Shown here: positions 27,706 through 36,942 of the stretch, one piece after another
Layout of the letters: the number at the start of each line of letters is the position of its first letter
Position numbering within the stretch: the first letter of the stretch is position 1
Source of the DNA: an uncultured Ignavibacteriaceae bacterium
GTDB taxonomy: Bacteria; Bacteroidota; Ignavibacteria; UBA10030
Length of the DNA stretch: 47,452 nt
Assembly: GCA_964372545.1 (NCBI GenBank)
Contig: CAYJSZ010000002.1
Span: 1 to 47,452 of the forward strand
Direction: 5' to 3'
Program-made: the position numbers and the translations under genes
The notes under the pieces: model-generated
The model's database searches: none
Told to the model about the DNA's origin: nothing
The model's input: only the letters and a program-made list of their open reading frames with translations

Positions 27706-28670
27706 GTTCAATGACCTTAAACGATCGTCCCTTTGGAAGTTTGGCGATACGCGTAGCTGTCGCCGTTGTCGCTATTCCGCTTATCCTCTGGGCGGCGCTT
27801 CAAGGCGGCTATCTCTTCTTTGCATTCGTTGCCCTGATATCGGGATTTTCCCTGTACGAATTCTACACGCTCGCAGAAATGAAGAGTGCGGTCCCGCAGA
27901 AATATCTGGGACTGGTCTTTGGCTTCCTTGTCAACGGTGCATTCATTTACGAACGTGCGCAGGTCGAGCTCTATCGGTTTTTCGAGAACATGGGGGTTCG
28001 GCTCTCGATGTTCTCGCAGTTGCAGCTACTTCTCGTCGTTCTGCTGCTGTTTCTTCTGCTCACGCTCTTGGTCGAGCTGTTCCGGCAACAGGGCTCGCCG
28101 ATGATGAACATTGGCGTCACGGTTCTCGGCGTTCTCGTCGTCTCTCTGTTCTTCGGCACGCTCGTTGCGATTCGAGAGCTGTTCCCTTACGGTTTTCCGA
28201 CCTATAAATTCTTTTCAGGCAGTCTGGCCAATGCCGAGAATCTGCCCATCATCGATCGATGGGGAGGTTATACCATTGCTGCAATTCTGGCGTCCATCTG
28301 GATATGCGATACCGCGGCGTATTTCGGGGGGCTCGGTCTCGGCAAACACAAATTGTTGGAGCGGGTCAGTCCGAAGAAAACGTGGGAGGGAGCGATTCTG
28401 GGGTTTGTGTTTGCGGTGGCAACGATGATCGTGGCCAGAGAATTTGTTCTGGAGTATCTCGGACTTGTCGACGCGATCATCTTGGGTGTGATCGTCGGTG
28501 TTTTCGGCCAACTGGGGGATCTCGTGGAGTCACGTTTCAAGCGGGATGCTGGTGTCAAAGACTCTTCTGCAATTATTCCCGGCCATGGCGGTGTGTACGA
28601 CCGCTTCGATAGTCTGGTATTTGTGGCGCCGATTGCCTATCTTTACATAGATTTTGTCGTGCTTTCCTGA
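27702..28670 (+). CDS. cdsA: Phosphatidate cytidylyltransferase
   Basis: CdsA signature SRFKRDAGVKDSSAIIPGHGGVYDRFDS is present in a polytopic protein. It overlaps the upstream gene by ATGA. Confidence 0.85.
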   Translation: MSSMTLNDRPFGSLAIRVAVAVVAIPLILWAALQGGYLFFAFVALISGFSLYEFYTLAEMKSAVPQKYLGLVFGFLVNGAFIYERAQVELYRFFENMGVRLSMFSQLQLLLVVLLLFLLLTLLVELFRQQGSPMMNIGVTVLGVLVVSLFFGTLVAIRELFPYGFPTYKFFSGSLANAENLPIIDRWGGYTIAAILASIWICDTAAYFGGLGLGKHKLLERVSPKKTWEGAILGFVFAVATMIVAREFVLEYLGLVDAIILGVIVGVFGQLGDLVESRFKRDAGVKDSSAIIPGHGGVYDRFDSLVFVAPIAYLYIDFVVLS

Positions 28671-28686
28671 ATTGGAACAATCGAAA

Positions 28687-29985
28687 ATGTCAAACGAGAA
28701 ACAACGGTCAAAGATCAATGTTGTGACGCTGGGGTGCTGGAAGAATGCTGTCGATAGCGAGAACCTTCTCGGCCAGCTTAGGGTGAATAACGCGGCGCTC
28801 GTTGATGACGTTGAAGATGCCGATACGGTTGTCATCAATACGTGCGGCTTCATTGACGCGGCGAAAAAGGAATCTGTCGACACGATCATGGGCGCTGTGC
28901 GACGAAAGGCGAATGGCCAGCTCAAGAAAGTGATTGTGATGGGTTGCCTCTCCGAGCGTTATGGAAAGGAGCTCGCCGTCGAAATTCCGGAAGTCGACGC
29001 GTTTTTCGGCACGGATCAATTGCCGGGCGTCGTCCGGGCGCTCGACATCGATTACAGGCGAGAGTTGGTGGGAGAACGGCTTCTCACCACGCCATCGCAT
29101 TATGCCTATCTGAAAATCTCCGAAGGCTGCGACCATCCGTGCTCGTTCTGCGCGATCCCGATCATGCGCGGCAAGCACCGCACAAAGCCGCAGGATGAAG
29201 TCCTCGCTGAGGCAGAAGCGTTGGCTCGGCGCGGAGTGAAAGAGCTTATTCTCATCGCCCAAGACTCGACATACTACGGGCTTGATCTCTACGGTGAACG
29301 AAGGTTGAAACCGTTGCTCGAAGATCTTTGCACGATCGACGGGATAGAGTGGATTCGGTTGATGTATGCGTATCCTGCGAGATTCCCGCGTGAAATCCTT
29401 GACGTATTTCAAAAGAACCCCAAGATCTGCCATTACTTGGATATCCCGGTCCAGCATGCGTCCGACGACGTGCTCAAGTCGATGCGCCGAGGCATGACCA
29501 ACCGCGCAACGCGTGAGTTGCTTGCGACCATCAAGACAGCGGTTCCCGACATCGCTTTGCGCACGACGCTCATCGTCGGTTATCCGACGGAAACGGACGG
29601 GGATTTCCGGATTCTGTGCGACTTTGTGCGTGAGATGAGATTCCATCGACTCGGCGTGTTTACGTACTCGCAGGAAGAGGGAACTACGGCGTATCCGCTT
29701 CATGATCCCGTTCCTCAGGAAATCAAGGAAGAACGCCGTGGGGCCATCATGAGTACCCAACAGGAGATTTCCGAGGAACGAAACGCCACGCTCGTCGGCA
29801 CTTCGGTGAAAGTTCTTGTCGACAGGCACGAACAGGGCCTCGCCGTGGGCCGAACACAATGGGATGCTCCGGAAATCGACCAGGAAGTACATATACGTCA
29901 TGGTTCATCAGTCAGTATTGGCAACTTCTATGAAGTGAAGATTGTTAGTATGAGTGAATACGACCTTTATGCAGAGCTTGTCTAA
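28687..29985 (+). CDS. rimO: Ribosomal protein S12 methylthiotransferase
   Basis: MTTase N-domain INVVTLGCWKNAVDSE is present, with the radical-SAM motif CDHPCSFCAIP and a C-terminal TRAM-like domain. ATG 28687 is preferred over TTG 28654. Confidence 0.8.
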   Translation: MSNEKQRSKINVVTLGCWKNAVDSENLLGQLRVNNAALVDDVEDADTVVINTCGFIDAAKKESVDTIMGAVRRKANGQLKKVIVMGCLSERYGKELAVEIPEVDAFFGTDQLPGVVRALDIDYRRELVGERLLTTPSHYAYLKISEGCDHPCSFCAIPIMRGKHRTKPQDEVLAEAEALARRGVKELILIAQDSTYYGLDLYGERRLKPLLEDLCTIDGIEWIRLMYAYPARFPREILDVFQKNPKICHYLDIPVQHASDDVLKSMRRGMTNRATRELLATIKTAVPDIALRTTLIVGYPTETDGDFRILCDFVREMRFHRLGVFTYSQEEGTTAYPLHDPVPQEIKEERRGAIMSTQQEISEERNATLVGTSVKVLVDRHEQGLAVGRTQWDAPEIDQEVHIRHGSSVSIGNFYEVKIVSMSEYDLYAELV

Positions 29986-30003
29986 CCTTTGGGAGGGATG
30001 TGT

Positions 30004-31311
30004 ATGAAGAGAGGACTTCTGAGAGTTGGGACGGTCGGGACGCTGGCACTCATCATCCTCCTTTTCGGCGTCCAGGTTGTCTCCGCACAGACGCCGATTG
30101 AGGCGTCGGGCGAACCTGTTTTTTTCTTTGAAGCTATCAGCTATGCTTCCGAACAGCCCGGAAAGGCGCGCATCGATGTCTACGTGCAGGTTCCGTATGA
30201 CGAGCTCCGTTTCGTCAAAGAATCGGAACTGTTTGTTGCGAGGTATGACGTCGTACTGAGCTTGTACAACCCCGACGGACAACTCGCGCTGGAGAGAACC
30301 TGGACAGATGTCGTCCGGGTCAAGGATTTTTCACAGACGACTTCGAATAAGTTTTACAGTCTCTCTCATCGACCGATCGAGGCTGACCCTGGAAATTACC
30401 GAGCCAACGTTCAAATCCAGGACCAGGATTCAAAGAAGACGGCGCGCCGGCATCGGAATCTTCTCGTGACCGACTTCGCCAAAGATTCTCTGAGTATGAG
30501 CGACATTATGCTCGTGAATCGTCTTTCCACGACCGGCGACAAGCGGAGCATCGTGCCCAACATCTCGGGTAATGTGGGACATTTGACGGAAGGGTTTTTC
30601 CTTTTTGTCGAAATCTACAACAACAGCAGTGTCGATTCCCTCATGCTCAGGTGGAAGATCCTCGACCAACAGCAACGGGAAGTTCTCAACCGGACGCAAG
30701 CGGAAGCGACTACCGGCAGAGTAACGCAGACGTTCTTGAAAGTTGATAAACTGAGTCTCACCGCCGGAACGTACTTCCTCTCGGTCGGCGCAGAGCCATT
30801 GCACAATCTGAGCATTCATCCCGCTCTTGCTGCTCTGACGTCGAGGACGTTTTCGGTTCAGTGGTCCGACCTCCCGCGAGTCGTTCAGGATATCGATAAA
30901 GCTGTCGACCAACTTCGGTACATTGCCCGAGATTCTGACATGTCTCATATTCGGGAGGCAACATCGCCGGAAGAAAAGAAGCGGCGATTTGTCGAGTTCT
31001 GGAAGAAGCGCGATCCTGATCCGCAAACGCCCGAGAATGAATTGATGGAAGAGTACTACGGCAGAATCGAGTATACGAACAAGAATTACACGCATTACAT
31101 TGAAGGATGGCGTACCGACCGGGGGATGGTGTACATCTACCTCGGAGCGCCGGATAACGTCGAGCGCTATCCGTTCCAAAACAACAGCAAGCCGTACGAG
31201 ATTTGGTACTACAACCAGATCAACCGGCGCTATGTCTTCGTGGATGAAACCGGGTTTGGCGATTACCGGTTGCGGTCGCCGATCACCGAACTGTGGGATC
31301 GAGTTCGCTGA
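30004..31311 (+). CDS. GWxTD domain-containing protein
   Basis: A signal peptide is present. The C-terminal motif is EGWRTDRGMVYIYLGAPDNVERY. An RBS-like gggaggg lies 6 nt before ATG 30004. Confidence 0.8.
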   Translation: MKRGLLRVGTVGTLALIILLFGVQVVSAQTPIEASGEPVFFFEAISYASEQPGKARIDVYVQVPYDELRFVKESELFVARYDVVLSLYNPDGQLALERTWTDVVRVKDFSQTTSNKFYSLSHRPIEADPGNYRANVQIQDQDSKKTARRHRNLLVTDFAKDSLSMSDIMLVNRLSTTGDKRSIVPNISGNVGHLTEGFFLFVEIYNNSSVDSLMLRWKILDQQQREVLNRTQAEATTGRVTQTFLKVDKLSLTAGTYFLSVGAEPLHNLSIHPALAALTSRTFSVQWSDLPRVVQDIDKAVDQLRYIARDSDMSHIREATSPEEKKRRFVEFWKKRDPDPQTPENELMEEYYGRIEYTNKNYTHYIEGWRTDRGMVYIYLGAPDNVERYPFQNNSKPYEIWYYNQINRRYVFVDETGFGDYRLRSPITELWDRVR

Positions 31312-31313
31312 CG

Positions 31314-33113
31314 ATGCAGCAACCATCGTGTGCCCGTTGTGTTGAAGCCAGTGCTGAGAGCCCCTCCACTGGCTTCTTTCGTTTTCTCTGCACGGTGTTA
31401 ATGCTGGTCATGCTATCCCAATCGTTGCACGCTCAGCAGAGCGTCACCGTAAGTTCTATTGTTGTTCGCGGGAGCGTACAGTTCGAAGAGCGCGAGATCC
31501 TTTCGTGGCTGCAATTGAAGCCTGGTGCGGAGTTCATGAGAGAAGTTCTTGCCAATGATCAAAAGACCATCCAACAGCACTATGCGCTTGAAGGGCTCCT
31601 CTTTGTCGCTGTCGACACTCTGGTAACGACCGATGAAAAGGCCCGCACAGTGACGGTAGCATTCCATCTCCGCGAAGGTAAACCTGCGATCCTTCAGACG
31701 ATAGCGTTCGAGGGGAACAACGCCATTGACACTGATGAGCTGCTGTCAGGATTGTCGAGTCACATGAACGGCCGTTTTCGTCAATCTGTCCTGGAACAGG
31801 ACCTGCACTTCATACTGAAAAAGTACGAGCAACGCGGATATTCCTTTGCCAAGGTTTCCATAAAGAACATAACGCTAAAGGAGAACGACGCGGAATATCA
31901 GGTGGATGCGCTGGTGACGATTGACGAAGGAGAACCGGTACGAATTACGGAGCTCACGATCGAAGGCAATACGACCACACGTGATTTCGTGATAGAACGT
32001 GAAGCGAGACTTCGTACGAACGAATTGTTCAGGCCTGAATTGGCTGCGAGCATTCAACAGCGGCTCCAGCGCCTGCAGCTGTTTTCGTCGGTCTCACAGC
32101 CTGAATTGTATCTCCGAGAGGGAGCGGCCGGGTTGCTCATCCGTGTGACAGAAGGAAATCCCAACCGCGTTGACGGCCTGGTTGGGTATGTTCCCTCCAG
32201 TGTCTCCGGCGAGTCGGGTTATTTCACCGGATTAGCGAACTTGCAGTTTCGGAATCTCTTCGGTACGGGGCGAAGATTCTCGGTCCGTTGGCATCGCGAA
32301 AACCAGTCGACACAGGAAATCGGGCTCCGGTATCATGAACCGTGGATAGCATCCTATCCGGTCAACGGTGAAATCGGCTTTTTCCAGCGCAAGCAGGATT
32401 CTTCCTACGTGAAACGGAATCTCAATCTGCAAGCGGAGTTCATGCTCTCGGAGGAATTTCGCATCGGAGCGACATTCAGTCAGTACAATGTCGTTCCTTC
32501 CGTGAGCCAGACAGCGTCTTTGGTATCAGACAGCCGTACGATCACGATTGGCGGCTATCTTTTCTATGATTCCCGGGATGATGCGGTGACCCCCACGAGC
32601 GGGATACTCTATCGCACGGAGTTTCACACCGGCACCAAGAGATACTTGGTTGCCGCGGGGACGGTTACCAACAGTACACAGCGGTTCGGTATGGACCTCG
32701 AGTATGATGTTTCTCCATTTCAACGTCAGGTGTTCGCTGCTGGCTTGCACGTCCAGGAGTTCCGGTCGGGCAGCATGGAAATCAGCGACCTGTTCCGCCT
32801 GGGAGGAGCGTCAACACTCCGTGGATATCGCGAAAGTCAGTTTCTCGGATCCCGCGTCGCGTGGGCTAACCTGGAGTACCGTGTTCTTGTTTCACCGCGC
32901 TCTTTTTTCTTTGCCTTCACCGATGCCGCTTATGTTGCTTCCCCGTCGCAGCCTGCGTCAGGTATTGTTCAAGCCGAGCTCACCAAGATCGGCTATGGTG
33001 TCGGTCTCCGTCTGGATACTGCAGTCGGCTTGCTCGGAGTCAGCGTCGCGTTGGGGCAGGGGGATACGTTTGGCACGGCAAAACTCCATGTGAGATTGGC
33101 GAATGAATTCTAA
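31314..33113 (+). CDS. BamA/TamA-family (Omp85, POTRA-containing) outer membrane protein
   Basis: POTRA-like repeats are present (VVRGSVQFEEREI..., IAFEGNNAIDTDEL..., LTIEGNTTTRDFVI...). The C-terminal barrel has RLGGASTLRGY and ends in a terminal aromatic residue (LANEF). Confidence 0.75.
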   Translation: MQQPSCARCVEASAESPSTGFFRFLCTVLMLVMLSQSLHAQQSVTVSSIVVRGSVQFEEREILSWLQLKPGAEFMREVLANDQKTIQQHYALEGLLFVAVDTLVTTDEKARTVTVAFHLREGKPAILQTIAFEGNNAIDTDELLSGLSSHMNGRFRQSVLEQDLHFILKKYEQRGYSFAKVSIKNITLKENDAEYQVDALVTIDEGEPVRITELTIEGNTTTRDFVIEREARLRTNELFRPELAASIQQRLQRLQLFSSVSQPELYLREGAAGLLIRVTEGNPNRVDGLVGYVPSSVSGESGYFTGLANLQFRNLFGTGRRFSVRWHRENQSTQEIGLRYHEPWIASYPVNGEIGFFQRKQDSSYVKRNLNLQAEFMLSEEFRIGATFSQYNVVPSVSQTASLVSDSRTITIGGYLFYDSRDDAVTPTSGILYRTEFHTGTKRYLVAAGTVTNSTQRFGMDLEYDVSPFQRQVFAAGLHVQEFRSGSMEISDLFRLGGASTLRGYRESQFLGSRVAWANLEYRVLVSPRSFFFAFTDAAYVASPSQPASGIVQAELTKIGYGVGLRLDTAVGLLGVSVALGQGDTFGTAKLHVRLANEF

Positions 33114-33945
33114 GAAACTCAAAGCCTTTGCAGAATTGATCCGGCCGGTGAATGTGGCAATCGTGTTCCTGGCAATCGGGGCTGCCTCGCTGCTCGCAGG
33201 TGCGGAATTGGCCGACTGGAAAACGATTCTGCTTGCGTCGCTTTCCGGAGCTCTTATCGCAAGCGGCGGCTACGCTATCAACGATTATTTCGACGCCGAT
33301 ATTGATTCCATCAACAGGCCAGATCGTCCGTTGCCGCGGGGAGCGTTGGAGAAATCCGAAGCCTGGTGGATCTGGAGAATGAGCTCGAGCGCGGGGGTCA
33401 TCGTGAGTGCATTTCTTGGCCCGGCTCCACTTTTCATTTCACTTGTCTGGGTTATCTCATTATATTTCTACAGCAAACGCTTCAAACGGGTTGTGTTGGC
33501 CGGCAATATCATCGTGAGCGCTGCAACCGGACTTGCGCTTCTCTACGGCGGGGTGGTCGTCGGTAAGATCGAACGCGCACTCGTGCCGGCACTGTTTGCC
33601 TTTTTGGTGAACTTCGCCCGCGAGGTAGTAAAAGACATCGAGGACATGGAGGGCGACGCAAAAGGAAATGCCCAAACACTGCCGGTGAAGCATGGAACGA
33701 AACCTGCTCTAGCTCTTGCAACAGTAACGTTGCTCGTGCTTATCGCTGCGACGCTGGCAGCGTTTCAATTCGGTGTCTACAATCTTCGGTATCTTGTCGT
33801 TGTCGCGCTGGTCGATGTTGCGTTGATTATCGTGATTCTGTCGATGTGGCGGAGTTCAGCTCCGGCGACGATGCACAGACTCAGCACGGTCTTGAAAGCG
33901 TCCATGCTGGTAGGGTTGGTCGCACTGTATCTTGGGTCGTCCTGA
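33103..33945 (+). CDS. UbiA-family prenyltransferase, DGGGP-synthase-like (geranylgeranylglycerol-phosphate geranylgeranyltransferase-like)
   Basis: The first Asp-rich motif is YAINDYFDADIDSINRPDRPLPRGAL and the second is KDIEDMEGDAKGNAQTLP. The gene encodes 280 aa with about 8 TM helices. Confidence 0.75.
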   Translation: MNSKKLKAFAELIRPVNVAIVFLAIGAASLLAGAELADWKTILLASLSGALIASGGYAINDYFDADIDSINRPDRPLPRGALEKSEAWWIWRMSSSAGVIVSAFLGPAPLFISLVWVISLYFYSKRFKRVVLAGNIIVSAATGLALLYGGVVVGKIERALVPALFAFLVNFAREVVKDIEDMEGDAKGNAQTLPVKHGTKPALALATVTLLVLIAATLAAFQFGVYNLRYLVVVALVDVALIIVILSMWRSSAPATMHRLSTVLKASMLVGLVALYLGSS

Positions 33946-34541
33946 TGAACGGTCTCGACTACGAGCGCACGTACTGGCACCGCGGCATTGAACTTCTCGC
34001 CGGTGTCGATGAAGCCGGCCGCGGACCTCTAGCCGGTCCGGTGGTTGCCGCGGCCGTGATCTTTCCAAAGGAGATGTTCATCGATGGCGTGGATGATTCG
34101 AAGAAACTGTCGGAAAAAAAGCGAGAGAGTATCTTTGAGTTGATCCGGGATTCGGCGATTGCACTCGGCGTCGGCGTTGTGCAGCACGATGTCATCGACC
34201 GTATCAATATCTACCAGGCATCGATTCTCGCAATGCACAAAGCGCTGGATGAGCTCAGGCTTCCTCCGCAATTCGTCGTCGCGGATGGGAACAGTTTTCG
34301 CCACGAGAGTTTGCCATTCGAAAACGTCATCGATGGCGACGCCAAGGTCTTTACGATTGCCGCAGCGTCGATCGTCGCAAAAGTGACGCGCGACCGGTTG
34401 ATGCGGGAATATCATGAACGATTTCCGGAGTACGGGTTTGCCCGCCACAAAGGCTACGGCACGAAACAGCATCGTGAGGCGATCCGACAACACGGGTTAT
34501 GCGAAATTCATCGCAAAACGTTCCATGTCAAACTCGACTAA
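33945..34541 (+). CDS. rnhB: Ribonuclease HII
   Basis: GVDEAGRGPLAGPVVAAAV and DSKKLS motifs are present. ATG 33945 overlaps the upstream TGA. Confidence 0.9.
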   Translation: MNGLDYERTYWHRGIELLAGVDEAGRGPLAGPVVAAAVIFPKEMFIDGVDDSKKLSEKKRESIFELIRDSAIALGVGVVQHDVIDRINIYQASILAMHKALDELRLPPQFVVADGNSFRHESLPFENVIDGDAKVFTIAAASIVAKVTRDRLMREYHERFPEYGFARHKGYGTKQHREAIRQHGLCEIHRKTFHVKLD

Positions 34542-34908
34542 AGCCCGGCAAGCACGAGATCCTCGAAAACGACGCGGCGCGGTGGGGGAATTGCTTGCCG
34601 TGAGATTCCTCGAACGGGAAGGAATGAAGATCCTTCGACGCAACTACCGCTTCGAACGAGGCGAAATCGACATCGTGGCTGAGGAGGGGGAGGAGATCGT
34701 GTTTGTCGAAGTCAAGGCTCGCCGATCAAAAGCCTTCGGTGAACCGGAAGAAGCCGTGACCGATCACAAGCAGGAGCAGTTGCGTAAAGTTGCGGAAGGC
34801 TATCTCTTCGAGCATGAGCTCAGCGACCGGGCGTGTCGATTTGACGTTGTGGCAATTTTTTTCCACAATGGCAGGGCGGAGATCAACCATATCAAGAACG
34901 CCTTTTGA
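34525..34908 (+). CDS. YraN-family (UPF0102) endonuclease-like protein
   Basis: GELLAVRFLEREGMKILRRNYRFERGEIDIVAEEGEEIVFVEVKARR matches the YraN pattern. It overlaps the end of rnhB by 17 nt. Confidence 0.8.
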   Translation: MSNSTKARQARDPRKRRGAVGELLAVRFLEREGMKILRRNYRFERGEIDIVAEEGEEIVFVEVKARRSKAFGEPEEAVTDHKQEQLRKVAEGYLFEHELSDRACRFDVVAIFFHNGRAEINHIKNAF

Positions 34909-34911
34909 CGT

Positions 34912-36345
34912 ATGACCATCCTCGACAAACACACAGCTCTCTACACCGATTTTTATCAGTTGACCATGGCGCAGGGATATTTCCTGACCGGCAAGTCGGA
35001 AACCAGCGCGGCGTTCGACTACTTCTTCCGCGAAAACCCGTTCGAGGGCGGCTACGTCGTTTTTGCCGGGTTGAGCGATTTGGTGGAGACTCTCCAGCAT
35101 TTCCGTTTTGAGAAAGAAGACCTCGACTTTCTTAGCGGGCTAGGACTGCAAGAACCGTTTCTCAAGTATCTTGAGCTTTTCCGATTTCGTGGTACCATCC
35201 ATTCCGTGCGCGAGGGTGAAATTGTCTTTCCGCTTGAGCCCATCGTGCGCGTCGAGGGTAACATCATCGAGACGCAAATCATCGAAACGCTGTTGCTGAA
35301 TTTTTTGAACTTCGAGTCGCTCATCGCGACGAAAGCGGCTCGGATCAAACATGCTGCCGGTCCTCGTCGCGTCGTCGATTTCGGTCTGAGGCGCGCGCAG
35401 GGCTTGGGCGGCATCCTGGCGAGCAAGGCGGCTATCATCGGAGGGGTGGAGGCGACGTCGAACCTGTTCGCCGCGTACCATTGGGGCCTGGAGGTTTCTG
35501 GAACTCAGGGGCATTCCTGGATTCAAAGCTTTGACGATGAGCTGACAGCCTTTCGAAAGTTTTCGGAAGTTTATCCGGAGCGTTGTGTCTTGCTGGTCGA
35601 CACCTACAACACGTTGCGAAGTGGCATGCCGAACGCGATTACCGTTGCAAAGGAGCTGGAGAAAAAGGGACACCGCCTGCTGGGGATTCGGCTCGACAGC
35701 GGCGACCTGGCCTATCTCAGTCGACATGCACGGGCGCTGCTCGATGCAGCGGGACTTCCCTACGTAAAAATCGTAACCTCGAACCAGCTCGATGAATACG
35801 TCATCCGGAGTTTGCTGGAGCAGAACGCGCCGATCGATATTTTCGGTGTTGGGACGCATCTCGTTACGGGCAGGAATTCACCCGCGCTCGACGGCGTGTA
35901 CAAGCTCAGCATGTGCGATGGCCGGCCGCGATTGAAGTTCTCAGAAAACTTTACGAAAACAACATTGCCCGGCCTGAAGAAGATTCTCCGCTATGTTGAC
36001 GCTCATGAGAATTTCTACGCCGATGCCATCGTGCTGGAGGACGAACACGGCATCGACAACATCTATCATCCCTTCTATCCTGAGCAGAAGAGCAAGGTGG
36101 AACAGCGAATCGCCGAGCCACTTCTCCAGAAAGTGATGGAGCGCGGGCGGGAGTTGAATGGCACAACCCCCTTGAAAGAAACGGTGGCGTACGCAAAAGC
36201 CCGGCTGAACAGACTTTCTCCGGAACACCAGCGCTTTGAGTTTCCGCATGTGTACAAGGTCGGCATCAGCCACAGGCTGATGAGCCTGCGGTCGCAGTTG
36301 ATGGAGGAGATTCAACAAAAAAACGGTCTTGGTGGAGGGAAGTGA
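34912..36345 (+). CDS. pncB: Nicotinate phosphoribosyltransferase
   Basis: The N-terminal TDFYQLTMAQGYF and a 477-aa NAPRTase-like layout are present. A nicotinamidase gene follows immediately. Confidence 0.85.
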   Translation: MTILDKHTALYTDFYQLTMAQGYFLTGKSETSAAFDYFFRENPFEGGYVVFAGLSDLVETLQHFRFEKEDLDFLSGLGLQEPFLKYLELFRFRGTIHSVREGEIVFPLEPIVRVEGNIIETQIIETLLLNFLNFESLIATKAARIKHAAGPRRVVDFGLRRAQGLGGILASKAAIIGGVEATSNLFAAYHWGLEVSGTQGHSWIQSFDDELTAFRKFSEVYPERCVLLVDTYNTLRSGMPNAITVAKELEKKGHRLLGIRLDSGDLAYLSRHARALLDAAGLPYVKIVTSNQLDEYVIRSLLEQNAPIDIFGVGTHLVTGRNSPALDGVYKLSMCDGRPRLKFSENFTKTTLPGLKKILRYVDAHENFYADAIVLEDEHGIDNIYHPFYPEQKSKVEQRIAEPLLQKVMERGRELNGTTPLKETVAYAKARLNRLSPEHQRFEFPHVYKVGISHRLMSLRSQLMEEIQQKNGLGGGK

Positions 36346-36346
36346 C

Positions 36347-36889
36347 ATGAAGGCGTTGCTCGTGGTCGATGTGCAAAACGATTTTTGTCCGGGAGGCTCG
36401 TTGGCGGTGCCGGAGGGTGACAAAGTCGTTCCCGTCATCAATCTGTTGTTCGAGAAATTTACGCTGGCCGTCGCGTCAAAGGATTGGCACCCGCACGAGA
36501 CGGTGCATTTTCAGAAATGGCCTGTCCATTGCGTCCATAACACGAGGGGGGCGGAATTTCACCCAGACTTAAACTCAGTGAAAATCCGGCAAGTGTTTCT
36601 GAAGGGAACCGGCAATAAGGATGACGGCTATTCCGCATTCGAAGCGACGAACCTGGATTTGGCAAAATATCTCAAGGGAAAAGGCGTCACTGAGCTGTAC
36701 GTAACCGGCCTGGCAACCGATTATTGCGTACGTGCCTCGGCGATCGATGCGTCCAGGTCGGGATTTAAGACGTTCGTAGTCGAAGATGCTGTCGCGGCAG
36801 TCAACATACATCCCGGAGACGACGTCCAGGCGTTTGATGATATGAAGAAAGCCGGCGTCACGATCGTCGCATCGAAAGATATTCAGTGA
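36347..36889 (+). CDS. pncA: Nicotinamidase/pyrazinamidase (isochorismatase family)
   Basis: LLVVDVQNDFCPGGSLAV is present, with the catalytic Cys segment GLATDYCVRASA. Confidence 0.85.
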   Translation: MKALLVVDVQNDFCPGGSLAVPEGDKVVPVINLLFEKFTLAVASKDWHPHETVHFQKWPVHCVHNTRGAEFHPDLNSVKIRQVFLKGTGNKDDGYSAFEATNLDLAKYLKGKGVTELYVTGLATDYCVRASAIDASRSGFKTFVVEDAVAAVNIHPGDDVQAFDDMKKAGVTIVASKDIQ

Positions 36890-36942
36890 CTTCCTTCATA
36901 ACGCATGAGCTATAACCAACCACCAGTCGCTCATTACCAATC

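Noticed and set aside
28708-29901. 397-aa ORF antisense to rimO. Similar long antisense ORFs lie at 30430..31326, 6314..7261 and 10491..11240.
   Set aside because: These ORFs are Arg/His/Asp-rich and low in complexity. They carry no recognisable motifs and lie entirely opposite genes with strong family signatures. This is the typical shadow-ORF artefact of GC-rich coding sequence.
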